Of a stretch of 64,000 nt of DNA, positions 63,591 through 64,000 are shown one piece after another. The position numbers and the translations under genes are program-made. Source of the DNA: a virus; IMG/VR virus record IMGVR_UViG_3300027851_001140, positions 30,857 through 94,856 of that record. One strand, written 5' to 3'. How positions within the stretch are numbered: position 1 is the first letter of the stretch; each line of letters opens with the position of its first letter. The notes under the pieces were generated by a model that was not told the origin of the DNA, did not search any database, and was given only the letters and a program-made list of their open reading frames with translations.

Positions 63591-64000
63591 TGACAATCAT
63601 AGCACATAGAGATCAGGCTTTTGCTGCCGTAAGTGTTGTCACAAAGAGGGAAAATGGGACGCTAGTCACTCCTGACTCCAATCCTCTTTGCGAGATTTTT
63701 CGCATGAATCCGGAGACTGGAGTCTATGTGAAGGACTTGAATATGGGAAATCTAGGAGAGGTATCTCTTTCTCTAGTGGCAGGAAGTTCGTTTTTATACT
63801 CCGCTCCCATAGATTTGTCTGACGCACTGTTCGAGCTTTACGAACTAACAGTAACGTATTCTTATGACGCCTCTGCTGGTACTAACGTGGACAGAATTAC
63901 TCTCATAATCAGCAATCCTGACACCATAGTGTTTAGAAACAGAAATACAACCGTAGGATCTCAAGGTACTACCTTTAAAGCTCCGACTCCTATACTCTGA
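63587..64000 (+). CDS. Putative Ig-like virion protein
   Basis: GAGG RBS; beta-rich; ENGTLVTPD..P motif like the N-terminus of 31221-32357. Confidence 0.55.
   Translation: MMTIIAHRDQAFAAVSVVTKRENGTLVTPDSNPLCEIFRMNPETGVYVKDLNMGNLGEVSLSLVAGSSFLYSAPIDLSDALFELYELTVTYSYDASAGTNVDRITLIISNPDTIVFRNRNTTVGSQGTTFKAPTPIL

Overview
64 kb fragment of a large tailed dsDNA phage (jumbo-like). It is densely coding in the standard genetic code. I recognised no rRNA, tRNA or CRISPR array. Layout: 1-8.2 kb (minus) baseplate/tail genes, including a hub fused to an M23 peptidase. 8.2-24 kb (minus) replication, recombination and transcription genes: SbcD/Mre11, RecA, a degenerate type IA topoisomerase, SSB, a sigma70-like factor, class II RNR with a class 3 intein, a Cas4-like exonuclease and primase. 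24-35.7 kb fibre and neck genes, RuvC and a putative ADP-ribosyltransferase. 35.7-39.7 kb accessory genes: MazG fusion, release factor, Hsp20. 39.7-64 kb (plus) head module: terminase with intein, portal, protease, scaffold, decoration, major capsid protein, a free-standing endonuclease and putative internal head proteins. The main finding is a domain-1-less release factor gene (36904-37585, minus) that has RF1-type (UAA/UAG) decoding motifs but can only be made full length through an RF2-style +1 frameshift cassette (GGAGG-GGT-CTT-TGA), in a window where most genes stop with TGA. Other leads: a sigma factor with a broken region 4, a separate region-4-like protein and a TG-TAnnnT leaderless promoter motif; a shared basic amphipathic motif on head-module proteins, one of which carries a 2H phosphoesterase (Acb1-like); and a Pro1 class 3 intein. 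All functional calls come from reading motifs by eye. No database searches were run.
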